36,444 bases of DNA from a virus: positions 1-36,444 of IMG/VR virus record IMGVR_UViG_3300045988_155528, one strand, 5' to 3'. The number at the start of each line of letters is the position of its first letter. Positions within the stretch are counted from its first letter, which is position 1. Below are positions 13,039 to 21,037 of this stretch, in pieces. Position numbers and translations under genes: made by a program. The notes under the pieces were generated by a model. That model ran no database searches, had not been told where the DNA came from, and saw only the letters and a list, made by a program, of their open reading frames with translations.

Positions 13039-13132
13039 GCTTACGGTGATGGTACGCGCCGCGCTATGCTTCGGCGTGATTGGGACTGTCCTCAGCGCGC
13101 TTGCGCTGGCGCTATATTGGAGGAGGCACTGA
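13031..13132 (+). CDS. Possible small TM peptide (33 aa)
   Basis: GGAGAGGAG RBS. The ATG overlaps the upstream stop, and its own stop overlaps the next ATG (TGATG). Contains LCFGVIGTVLSALALALYW. Confidence 0.35.
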   Translation: MAELTVMVRAALCFGVIGTVLSALALALYWRRH

Positions 13133-13401
13133 TGGACGACAAGCTTATATCGAAGCTGGACGCCGCCGATATGCTCGGGGTCTCCGTCTCGACCGTCGAG
13201 CGGCTGATCGCCGACGGCGACCTTCCCATGTACAAGATACGCGGGCAGTGCAGGCTGATGACGTCCGACATTAAGACGTACATAGCGGGCTGCCGCAGAG
13301 TTGCGGCTAAGGCAGCCCCCGTCCCCGCGCGCAGGCAGCCCGCCCGACGCGGCTCGAAGCTCGTCGGCTGCGGGTATTACCCGGGGATGAAAGTGGTATA
13401 A
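13132..13401 (+). CDS. Excisionase/MerR-type HTH_17 DNA-binding protein
   Basis: LDAADMLGVSVSTVERLIADGDLPMYKIRGQCRLMTSDIKTYI. Confidence 0.75.
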   Translation: MDDKLISKLDAADMLGVSVSTVERLIADGDLPMYKIRGQCRLMTSDIKTYIAGCRRVAAKAAPVPARRQPARRGSKLVGCGYYPGMKVV

Positions 13402-13475
13402 CGGGCGCTTTGGAACCTGCGGCATCGGGAACGGTGCCGCATATCGAGAGCACTCGAAAAAGAGGAGGAGAGACT

Positions 13476-14234
13476 ATGGCTACAGGCGCATTATGCCGAA
13501 AGCCCGGGTACTGGGCAGTGCTGCCCGCAAGGGTGCGGTATGACGAAGAGCTGCGCCCCAATGCGAAGCTCATTTACGCAGAGATCACGGCGCTTGCGGA
13601 CAGTACCGGTTTTTGCTGGGCGACAAATAAGTATTTGAGCGAGCTTTTCGGGCTGTCCAAGAAGACCGTCAGTGATTTGATCGGGACGCTTGAGAAAAAA
13701 GGCTACATACAGATTGAGGTCGTCCGCGACGAGAAAGGTGCGGTTTCAGACCGAAAAATCTACGTCGACCGCGTGAGTGTCGTAGTGCCTGACCCTATCC
13801 CTAAAAATGGGGATAGGTATCCCCAAAATAACGGATACCCTATCCCCAAAAATGGGGAAGAGAATAATATATATATTAACAATAACCCCCCTATATCCCC
13901 CCAGGGGGATGATGTGTGTGCTTCTGATCCGAAGCATAAGCCGGAGCGCTTCACCAAGCTCTGGAGCTTCTACCCGCACTCCAAGCGCGGCAGTAAGCAG
14001 CGGGCTATGAGGGCATGGGATAAGCTCAAGCCATCGGACGAGCTGATCGACACCATTGCTAAGGCGCTTATGAGGCAGCTCCGGACGGACGAATGGAGCC
14101 GCGGCATAGGGGTGCCGCACCTCAGCTCCTACCTCAACGGGCGGCTCTGGCTCGACGCCGAGGAGATCGACGAGGCCCCGGCCACAGTGACCGGGATAAG
14201 CGACGACGGAGGGGAGCGAGAAGAATGGACCTGA
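13476..14234 (+). CDS. Replication initiator / replisome organiser (N-terminal winged-helix, DnaD-like C-terminal region)
   Basis: YWAVLPARVRYDEELRPNAKLIYAEITALADSTGFCWATNKYLSELFGLSKKTVSDLIGTLEKKGYI is the typical N-terminus of Firmicute phage replication proteins. It lies immediately upstream of DnaB. Confidence 0.85.
   Translation: MATGALCRKPGYWAVLPARVRYDEELRPNAKLIYAEITALADSTGFCWATNKYLSELFGLSKKTVSDLIGTLEKKGYIQIEVVRDEKGAVSDRKIYVDRVSVVVPDPIPKNGDRYPQNNGYPIPKNGEENNIYINNNPPISPQGDDVCASDPKHKPERFTKLWSFYPHSKRGSKQRAMRAWDKLKPSDELIDTIAKALMRQLRTDEWSRGIGVPHLSSYLNGRLWLDAEEIDEAPATVTGISDDGGEREEWT
13793..13900 (+). repeat. Iterons plus AT-rich tract inside the initiator gene (candidate ori)
   Basis: CCCTATCCCTAAAAATGGGGA (13793-13813) and CCCTATCCCCAAAAATGGGGA (13838-13858), with a third TATCCCCAAAA at 13818. 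These are followed by AGAATAATATATATATTAACAATAAC. Confidence 0.5.
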
Positions 14235-15538
14235 CCGGCTACTCGGCCTACTACGACGCGCAGACGGCAGTCCTCGGCTCGCTGCTGATCGAGCCGGAGA
14301 AGCTCGCGGGACAGATCATGCACGTGGTCAGCCCGGAGGACTTCTCCGACCCCGTCAAGCGGAACCTCTTCACCGCGGCGCGGGAGATATTTCTTAAGCG
14401 CGAGACGCTCGACGCCGTGACGCTCGTGGAGCATGTCGGCGCTGCGTATTCGCAGCAGGTGCGCGAGATACTCCAGCTGACGCCGACGGCGAATAACTGG
14501 CGCGAGTATGTGAAGCTCCTCAAGGACGGCGCGATGCTGACACGCATCCGCGATCTGGGGCAGGCACTTACAGAGGCGGCCAGCGCGGAGGACGGGCGGA
14601 GGCTCCTTGTCGAGGCACAGGGGATGCTGAGTGTGCGGCCCGGGCGGCGAGTCCGGAACTACACGGAGATCCTCGCGGACTTCTTCGACCGTATGAACGA
14701 CCCGACGCCGCCGGACTTCCTCAAATTCGGGATCGAGGCGTTGGACAAGAAAGTCAAGATCAGCCGCGGCAGCTTTGTCGTCATAGGCGCGGACAGCTCC
14801 GTCGGCAAGACGGCGTTTTCCCTTCAGCTCGCGTATAACATCGCAGCCGGCGGGAGCCGGGTCTGCTTCTTCAGCTACGAGACGAGCCTTGAGGCGTCGG
14901 CCGACCGCACGATCGCGAACACCGCAGATGCGCGGCTGTCGGATATCAAGGCGAAGAACATATCCGAGCACGTCGCCCGCCGGGCGATGGCCGAGGCGGA
15001 GCGTTCCGAGCGCATCCCGCTGTACATACAGGAGTCCGCCGGGATGACGGTGGACGACCTCCGGGCAGAGACGCTCTGCGGACAGTACGACGTGATCTTC
15101 ATCGACTACGTTCAGCTCGTCCCCGGGCGGAGCCGGGACAGCCGGTTCGAGACCGTAACGGCGACGTCAATGGCGCTGCACTCGATGGCGCAGGAGCTCG
15201 GTGTGACGGTGGTCGCGCTGTCGCAGGTGACGCCGCCGGAGCCCGGAAAGGACGGCAAACGCCGTCAGCTGCGCAAGGAGGATCTCCGAGAGAGCCGGCA
15301 GCTCCTCCAGGACGCCGAGGCGATCCTGATGATGGATCTCGCCGACCCGAAGGATTACAGGAGCCAGCGCGTTCTGATCGTCGACAAGAACAAGGACGGC
15401 GCACTCGGCAGCGTCCGGCTCGACTTCGACCCGGAGCACATGAGATTTACGACCGCACAGCGCAGCGGCAAGACCCCGCCGCCGGATCAGGTGACATTCA
15501 AAGAGCTGCCGGACAACGGCGACGAGCTCCCGTTTTAG
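14225..15538 (+). CDS. dnaB: DnaB-type replicative helicase
   Basis: N-terminal AQTAVLGSLLIEPEKL, Walker A IGADSSVGKTAFSLQLA, then IFIDYVQL and ALSQV motifs. Confidence 0.9.
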   Translation: MDLTGYSAYYDAQTAVLGSLLIEPEKLAGQIMHVVSPEDFSDPVKRNLFTAAREIFLKRETLDAVTLVEHVGAAYSQQVREILQLTPTANNWREYVKLLKDGAMLTRIRDLGQALTEAASAEDGRRLLVEAQGMLSVRPGRRVRNYTEILADFFDRMNDPTPPDFLKFGIEALDKKVKISRGSFVVIGADSSVGKTAFSLQLAYNIAAGGSRVCFFSYETSLEASADRTIANTADARLSDIKAKNISEHVARRAMAEAERSERIPLYIQESAGMTVDDLRAETLCGQYDVIFIDYVQLVPGRSRDSRFETVTATSMALHSMAQELGVTVVALSQVTPPEPGKDGKRRQLRKEDLRESRQLLQDAEAILMMDLADPKDYRSQRVLIVDKNKDGALGSVRLDFDPEHMRFTTAQRSGKTPPPDQVTFKELPDNGDELPF

Positions 15539-15541
15539 GAG

Positions 15542-15742
15542 GTGGGCACGACGAAGATCGGAGACAAGATTCGATTCATTCCCTCAGCATGGACACAGTT
15601 CAGCGACGTAAGTTCCCTCAGCTCCTACGGCGTCAAGGGCGACGTCGAGGGCGAGATCGTCGAGATCAACTATGCGCACCGGTGGTACAGAGCACGGTAC
15701 CAGGCGGGCGGCGCGACACTTTACGAGTCATTCAAATTTTAA
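15542..15742 (+). CDS. Hypothetical protein (66 aa)
   Basis: GTG start after AGGAGG. Compact ORF between dnaB and parA. Confidence 0.6.
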   Translation: MGTTKIGDKIRFIPSAWTQFSDVSSLSSYGVKGDVEGEIVEINYAHRWYRARYQAGGATLYESFKF

Positions 15743-15771
15743 GCAAAATCAGAGTCTGGAGGACCACAACG

Positions 15772-16503
15772 ATGAGAACAACCGCGATAATCAACCTCAA
15801 GGGCGGCGTCGCAAAGACGACGACAGCCCTGAACATGGCCGCGATACTGGCCAAGGACTACAAGCAGCGCGTCCTGTTAGTGGACGCGGACAGCCAATGC
15901 AACTGCACCGAGTTTTTCCAGCGCGGCAACGCGCATCCCGGCACCCTCGCCGATATGCTGCGCGGCCTTGCGCCGTGCATCGAGCACAGCCGTTTCGACG
16001 GCGTCGACCTCCTGCCGGGAGACGACAGCCTGATGGATCTCGATCTGACGAAGATCGAGACCGGCAGCGCCTCCGCCGTGTGCCTGCGTGAGCTGACCGC
16101 GGAGCTGGGCGACAGGTACGACCGGATGATCATCGACTGCCCGCCGGCGTTCAATGCGGCCTCTGCCGCGGCGCTGGTGGCGGCGGACGAGGTCATCATC
16201 CCGATCAAGCTCGATGCGTTCTCCCTGCGTGGGATGGCGAACATCATGCAGCAGGTCAGCAATATGCGCAAGATCAACGACAGCCTCACCGTCGCTGGCA
16301 TACTGCCGACGATGTGGTACAAGTCAGATAACATCATCGAGGCCGAGAAGATGCTGCGCGAGTTCGGGCTCCCGGTGCTGCCGCATGTTCGGCGCACGAA
16401 CAAGGTCGACGACATGACCTTTGCGCAGGAGCCGCTTGTCATCAGCTCGCCGAAGAGCGCGGCGGGCGTCGATTACCGCCGCGTCGTCGCGGCGCTGATG
16501 TGA
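15772..16503 (+). CDS. parA: ParA/Soj-type partition ATPase
   Basis: Deviant Walker A NLKGGVAKTTT, followed by LLVDADSQ and IIDCPP. Confidence 0.9.
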   Translation: MRTTAIINLKGGVAKTTTALNMAAILAKDYKQRVLLVDADSQCNCTEFFQRGNAHPGTLADMLRGLAPCIEHSRFDGVDLLPGDDSLMDLDLTKIETGSASAVCLRELTAELGDRYDRMIIDCPPAFNAASAAALVAADEVIIPIKLDAFSLRGMANIMQQVSNMRKINDSLTVAGILPTMWYKSDNIIEAEKMLREFGLPVLPHVRRTNKVDDMTFAQEPLVISSPKSAAGVDYRRVVAALM

Positions 16504-16515
16504 GGAGGTGCGGTC

Positions 16516-17967
16516 ATGGGATTCGATTTAGCATCGGTGCTTAAAAACGTGCCCGAATCGGGCACAAGTGACGGCCGTGAGCGTATCGAGTACATAGGGC
16601 TCGACAAGCTGCACGACGACCCGAACAACTTCTACTCCCTCGACGGCATCGAGGAGCTCGCCGAGAACATCGAGTTTGCGGGGCTCCAGCAGCCCGTCCG
16701 CGTCCGCCGCGATGCGGAACACAGCGGTGAGTACATCATCGTCAGCGGTCACCGCCGCACGGCGGCGATGCGCAAGATCGTCGAGGACGGCAACAAGGCC
16801 TTTGAGACGGTGCCCTGTATCGTCGAGGCCGACGGCGGCAGCGAGGCTCTGCGTGAGCTGCGCCTGATCTATGCCAACTCCGACACCCGCCGGATGTCCT
16901 CCGCGGATATCTCCAAGCAGGCCGAGCGCGTCGAGGCACTGCTCTACCAGCTCAAGGAGGAGGGCGTCGAGTTCCCCGGCAGGATGCGCGACCATGTCGC
17001 CGAGGCCTGCAAGGTGAGCAAGTCGAAGCTGTCCCGCCTGAAGGTCATTCGCGACAAACTCGCTCCGGATATCTACGCCGGGTACTATGAAAGGGGCAAA
17101 CTGCCGGAGGACACGGCCTACGAGCTCGCCAAGCTTCCGGCCGACACCCAGCGTGTCATTGTTGACCGCGCGACGCGGAAAGACAGAGACGATATTAAGC
17201 TCCTTTATTCGAGCAGGGTCAAAGATCAGGGCGCGGATATCCAGCGTTTCAGCAAGATGGTCTGCCGCTGCGAGCAGGGCGGAACCTGCGTCAATGTTCC
17301 AAATCTCATGGACAAACTTTACTCCAACGGATGGCGAGGCTATACGCACTGCGGCTCCGGCTGCTGCTACGACTGCAACGAGCTTGCGACCTGCTCAAAA
17401 TGCTGCTCCCGCATGGCGGAAGTTAAGGCGCAGAAAAAGGCTGAGAACAAAGAGGCCAAGGCCGCGAAAGCTGCGGCGCAGGCCGAACGCGACAGGCCGA
17501 TGATCGACGCGCTGCGGCTCCTCTGGAACCGGATGGGCGAGGCCTGCAAGCGGTCGGGCGTCGATTACAACGAGGTCTGCGACAAGGCCGGCATATACGC
17601 CACCCTGCCTCCCAAGGACGCGACCCCGCTGCTCGACGGCGGCGGCAAGCTTACGGCAGACACCCGGCTTCCGTTCGGCTACGTCGTAGGCCGAGACGGT
17701 ATATCGAGCCTCGTCAAGCTGGCCGATCTGCTCGGCTGCTCGCTGGACTACCTCTTCGGCCGCGATGTGCCCGAATCGGGCACCGGCACGGCGGAGCCGA
17801 AGTGGATCGCAGGCAGGCCGACGAAGCCCGGCGTGTATCTGACCAAGTTCCACCCTCTGGATGATGACCTTGTGCTGGCTGACATCCAGACCGTATATGC
17901 CGACGGGTCGTTTTCCCTCGGCGATGTCGATGTCGTGGCGTGGTATCCTATCCCGCCAGAAGTGTGA
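16516..17967 (+). CDS. ParB/Srx-domain fusion protein (ParB N-domain, Cys-rich cluster, Lys/Ala coiled coil, HTH remnant, DUF551-like C-terminus)
   Basis: GLQQPVRVRR...IIVSGHRRTAAMRKI is a ParB box. The Cys-rich cluster is CRCEQGGTC...HCGSGCCYDCNELATCSKCCSRM. The coiled coil is KAQKKAENKEAKAAKAAAQAE. LVKLADLLGCSLDYLFG is an XRE-type end. VVAWYPIPPEV is a DUF551-like end. Confidence 0.85.
   Translation: MGFDLASVLKNVPESGTSDGRERIEYIGLDKLHDDPNNFYSLDGIEELAENIEFAGLQQPVRVRRDAEHSGEYIIVSGHRRTAAMRKIVEDGNKAFETVPCIVEADGGSEALRELRLIYANSDTRRMSSADISKQAERVEALLYQLKEEGVEFPGRMRDHVAEACKVSKSKLSRLKVIRDKLAPDIYAGYYERGKLPEDTAYELAKLPADTQRVIVDRATRKDRDDIKLLYSSRVKDQGADIQRFSKMVCRCEQGGTCVNVPNLMDKLYSNGWRGYTHCGSGCCYDCNELATCSKCCSRMAEVKAQKKAENKEAKAAKAAAQAERDRPMIDALRLLWNRMGEACKRSGVDYNEVCDKAGIYATLPPKDATPLLDGGGKLTADTRLPFGYVVGRDGISSLVKLADLLGCSLDYLFGRDVPESGTGTAEPKWIAGRPTKPGVYLTKFHPLDDDLVLADIQTVYADGSFSLGDVDVVAWYPIPPEV
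16549..16565. repeat. Palindrome copy 4, inside the ParB-like CDS (encodes VPESGT)
   Basis: Perfect GTGCCCGAATCGGGCAC at codons 12-17. Confidence 0.95.
17767..17783. repeat. Palindrome copy 5, inside the ParB-like CDS (encodes VPESGT again)
   Basis: Perfect copy in the same reading frame, at codons 418-423. Confidence 0.95.
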
Positions 17968-17983
17968 AAGGAGGAAATGAAAC

Positions 17984-18298
17984 ATGACAAACGAGGAAAT
18001 CATTAAAGCCCTGCGCGTCTGCGGCCGGGGAGAGTGCGACGGGTGCCTGATGCCTGAACAAGCGTGCGGCGCGCTGTGCACCGAGGCCGCATCCGCCCTT
18101 GAGAATCTGGTAGAACTGGCAAGAGAGAACGATAAGAGGGAGGACGAAGCAGAAGAGAACGCCGCGAACCTCAAGCATAAGCTTGCCTGCAAGCAGACGG
18201 AGAACAACATTCTGCGTTCAGAGCTGCGCCGAATGTTCCAGCTCTACGTAGCTGCCGAGATGCGAGCGGACACGGGCGTGAACACGGATGAGCTGTGA
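17984..18298 (+). CDS. Hypothetical Cys-containing protein with coiled-coil C-terminus (104 aa)
   Basis: AAAGGAGG RBS. Contains ALRVCGRGECDGCLMPEQACGALC. Confidence 0.65.
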   Translation: MTNEEIIKALRVCGRGECDGCLMPEQACGALCTEAASALENLVELARENDKREDEAEENAANLKHKLACKQTENNILRSELRRMFQLYVAAEMRADTGVNTDEL

Positions 18299-18554
18299 TA
18301 ACTGCCTATGCCGCACCTGCATTTTCTCCTGCGAACTGTCCCACTCCCGCGATTCTGACGAGCTCGACGCAATAGATGATATCTGCTTTACGTGCGACGA
18401 GTGTCGCTGGTGGCACGGTGCCGACCCCCGGTATCGCATCCAGACCCGCTGCGAGTGCGAACGGTACCGGGAATCACGGCGGGTAATCGACCGGCGGGCA
18501 GAGGCCGCACGGAGGAAATTCACGATAACAAACGGAGGAAAAATCAATGGATGA
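18288..18554 (+). CDS. Cys-rich hypothetical protein (88 aa)
   Basis: CDNCLCRTCIFSC...CFTCDECRWW...CECE. Overlaps both neighbouring genes. Confidence 0.6.
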   Translation: MSCDNCLCRTCIFSCELSHSRDSDELDAIDDICFTCDECRWWHGADPRYRIQTRCECERYRESRRVIDRRAEAARRKFTITNGGKING

Positions 18555-18885
18555 ATACATCACCAAGAAAGAGGCGCTTCGCGTGATATCCGACGTCTTT
18601 TTTGAAACCGACTCCCACGGCACCGATCAACTCGCCGTACTCAAGTGCTCACGAGCCGTGCGCGCTCTCCCGGCAGTGGACAGAATGCTTAACGATCCTC
18701 ACAAGATAGACCTGACCGGCCTGGCTCCGGACGCGCCGATCTTGATCCGTTATCCCCTCATCGCTCCTTGCTCCCCGTGCATCATGGAGTGCAAGGCCTA
18801 CATCTCCGGCCTTGAGGTCAACGCTGGGGAAAAGACGTTAACGTTGACATTCGACGTCCTTAGCTCGGGGAAACTCCATGAGTAA
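18547..18885 (+). CDS. Hypothetical protein (112 aa)
   Basis: ORF coupled to the upstream gene. Confidence 0.6.
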   Translation: MDEYITKKEALRVISDVFFETDSHGTDQLAVLKCSRAVRALPAVDRMLNDPHKIDLTGLAPDAPILIRYPLIAPCSPCIMECKAYISGLEVNAGEKTLTLTFDVLSSGKLHE

Positions 18886-19108
18886 AAGCGGATTGCTCGC
18901 CCGGCAGAAGGCTGAGCGCGAACTGTGGACGATTAAGGTGATCGCCTACACCGAGCAGCAGACGCTCGATGCGGTCTGCCTCGCACTTGCTGAGGGCTTT
19001 GGGTTCAATCTGCCAAGTTGAAATATATAAAGCTTCCGTATGCCTCTCCGATAGCGTATTGCTCCACATTCGGCTCGGCAGACGTAGGGACAAACCCGGA
19101 GGCGCTGG

Positions 19109-19360
19109 ATGATGAATGAACCTGGCATTAACTATCTCCCAGATGTGGAGTTTCGAGGCCATATCAGCGATACGGACAACTGCGTTTGCTCCGGCTGTCA
19201 CAAGACGGACTTCGTCCTCAAACTAACAGTACCGGAGACAAAGTATCACGATGGTAAGCGCCTTTCAACGAAGTATCACGGATACTGGATGTGCGTCGAT
19301 TGCGTTGCGAAGGTCGCGAGGTGTTCTGATGCAGCGGTAAGGGATCTGTACAAACTGTAA
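19109..19360 (+). CDS. Zn-ribbon-like hypothetical protein (83 aa)
   Basis: GGAGG RBS. Contains CVCSGCHK and CVDCV pairs. Confidence 0.55.
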   Translation: MMNEPGINYLPDVEFRGHISDTDNCVCSGCHKTDFVLKLTVPETKYHDGKRLSTKYHGYWMCVDCVAKVARCSDAAVRDLYKL

Positions 19361-19420
19361 ATAACAATTCTTCCGCCGGGTGAGCCAGGCTCCACGGGCT
19401 ATGATTTCAGGAGGTAAAAC

Positions 19421-20170
19421 ATGCCCGAGAGCATAGCTCTTAACTGTGACTGCATGGAGTACATGCGGTCACTGCCCGACAAGGCTTTTGACCTTGCCGT
19501 GGTTGACCCGCCGTATGGTGGCGGATGTTCACAGTCTGTTAAAGCAAAGAGAGACGGGCTCCACGGCGGAGCTGCTGACTACGAAATCAAGCCCCGGTCG
19601 CGATTCGGCGGCATCTTCGACCGCTACTATATCGGCAGCCCGTACAGGTGGAACATGGGCAGCGAAGTACCGCCAACGAACACTGGGGCTGATATCCGTC
19701 ATTGGGATATCGCCCCGCCTCAGGAATACTTCGATGAGCTTGCCCGGGTGAGCAAGAGCCAGATAATCTGGGGCGGGAATTATTTTAACCTCCCGCCGAC
19801 ACGCTGCTTTCTGGTATGGCGCAAGCTGAATATTCCGCTTGAGGGGTTCAGCATGGCTCCTGTGGAGTATGCGTGGACATCTTTCAATCTTAACGCCGCA
19901 ATGTGCGAGTTCTTCTCCTCCGGCGGCAGCGGCCGCGGGGAACGATTTCATCCGACGCAAAAGCCCGTAGATCTGTATACATGGATCTTCAAACACTATG
20001 CCAAGCCCGGCGACCGAATCCTCGACACGCACCTCGGCTCCGGCAGCAGCCGCATCGCGGCGTACAGTCTCGGCTTTGACTTCGTCGGCTGCGAAATCGA
20101 CAAAACATATTTTGAGCTTGAGGAGAAGCGTTTCGAGACGTTCTCCTCACAGCAAAGCTTATTTTACTAA
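19421..20170 (+). CDS. Orphan beta-class DNA methyltransferase (N6-adenine or N4-cytosine)
   Basis: Motif IV VVDPPYGG is near the N-terminus. FHPTQKPVDLYTWIF and motif I ILDTHLGSGSSRIAA are near the C-terminus. No adjacent restriction gene is present. Confidence 0.9.
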   Translation: MPESIALNCDCMEYMRSLPDKAFDLAVVDPPYGGGCSQSVKAKRDGLHGGAADYEIKPRSRFGGIFDRYYIGSPYRWNMGSEVPPTNTGADIRHWDIAPPQEYFDELARVSKSQIIWGGNYFNLPPTRCFLVWRKLNIPLEGFSMAPVEYAWTSFNLNAAMCEFFSSGGSGRGERFHPTQKPVDLYTWIFKHYAKPGDRILDTHLGSGSSRIAAYSLGFDFVGCEIDKTYFELEEKRFETFSSQQSLFY

Positions 20171-20221
20171 TTAAACATCGCGGTCTATGGCCATGAGGCA
20201 AAGGACGTCAGGAGTATGCAC

Positions 20222-20944
20222 ATGGCTTACCGCAAAAAGATCATATCGGCCGGGCCGCTGGTTAAGGAGATCATATACCCGTATCGCTCAGGCGGCAGCA
20301 GCTCAAACGGACGGCAGCGCACCGGGACAAGCTCGGAAGCGCAGCGCCGGATGAACGCCATCTATTCATGGCAGAAACTTGAGCTGCTGCTCGCAGCGAA
20401 CCTCGTCAAGGGCGACGTCGTCGGGTGCCTGACCTTCGACGACTATCACCTCCCGGAGACCCGCGAGCAGGTCCGGAATAAATTCAAGTGGTTTCTCGAC
20501 AAACTCCGGGCAGCGCGCGAAGCGCGAGGACAGAACCTTGTCATGCTCTGGTCGATCGAGCACCTCCACGGCGAGGGGCGCTGGCACATTCACATAGCCT
20601 GCAACGCGACCGGCAACGACTACGAGGAGATGCTCCGGCTATGGGGGCAAGGTGAATGCGAGTTCAACGCGCTGCGCGTCGATAAGAAAAAGAACTATGA
20701 GACCTTGGCCCGGTACATGGCCAAGGAGGAACGGGACAAGATAGGGCAGCGCTCTTGGAGCTACACCCGCAACGCTAAGAAGCCGGAAGTTGAGAGCTTC
20801 TCCGTGCGGGAGTTCACGCCGCTGCGCGTGCCGAAGGACACGACAGTGTTCGAGGACGTCCGCAGCCGCGGCGAATGGCAGTACGTTAAATACGCTTATA
20901 ACAACGCGCTTAAGGTTCGGCGGCACCGCAGACGCCGGTCGTAG
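20222..20944 (+). CDS. HUH-type Rep-like protein (rolling-circle replication-associated family)
   Basis: LTFDDYHLP, the HUH motif GRWHIHIACN and the Tyr motif YETLARYMAKE are present. The ATG at 20222 has better spacing from AGGAG than the one at 20216. Confidence 0.75.
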   Translation: MAYRKKIISAGPLVKEIIYPYRSGGSSSNGRQRTGTSSEAQRRMNAIYSWQKLELLLAANLVKGDVVGCLTFDDYHLPETREQVRNKFKWFLDKLRAAREARGQNLVMLWSIEHLHGEGRWHIHIACNATGNDYEEMLRLWGQGECEFNALRVDKKKNYETLARYMAKEERDKIGQRSWSYTRNAKKPEVESFSVREFTPLRVPKDTTVFEDVRSRGEWQYVKYAYNNALKVRRHRRRRS

Positions 20945-20947
20945 ATT

Positions 20948-20964
20948 GTGCCCTATTCGGGCAC
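20948..20964. repeat. Palindrome copy 6, variant GTGCCCTATTCGGGCAC
   Basis: Opposite central-base orientation and one arm mismatch. It lies 3 nt after the Rep-like stop. Confidence 0.85.
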
Positions 20965-21037
20965 CGGAAAATCTTTTTTATAAATTTTTTCTGGCTTGAA
21001 ACCTATGTTATTAAAAGGAAAGGAGTGCTGAAAAGTA

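Noticed and set aside
14093-15771. Long N-terminal extensions of dnaB (start 14093) and parA (start 15589) in the ORF track
   Set aside because: The extensions overlap the preceding genes in another frame and are Arg-rich nonsense. Internal ATGs at 14225 and 15772 have proper RBSs and give canonical N-termini.
18878-19119. Programmed frameshift joining the 47-aa ORF to the downstream -1 frame
   Set aside because: The overlap window (18995-19021) contains no X_XXY_YYZ slippery heptamer. A mutation or indel is more likely, so this is reported only as a low-interest observation.
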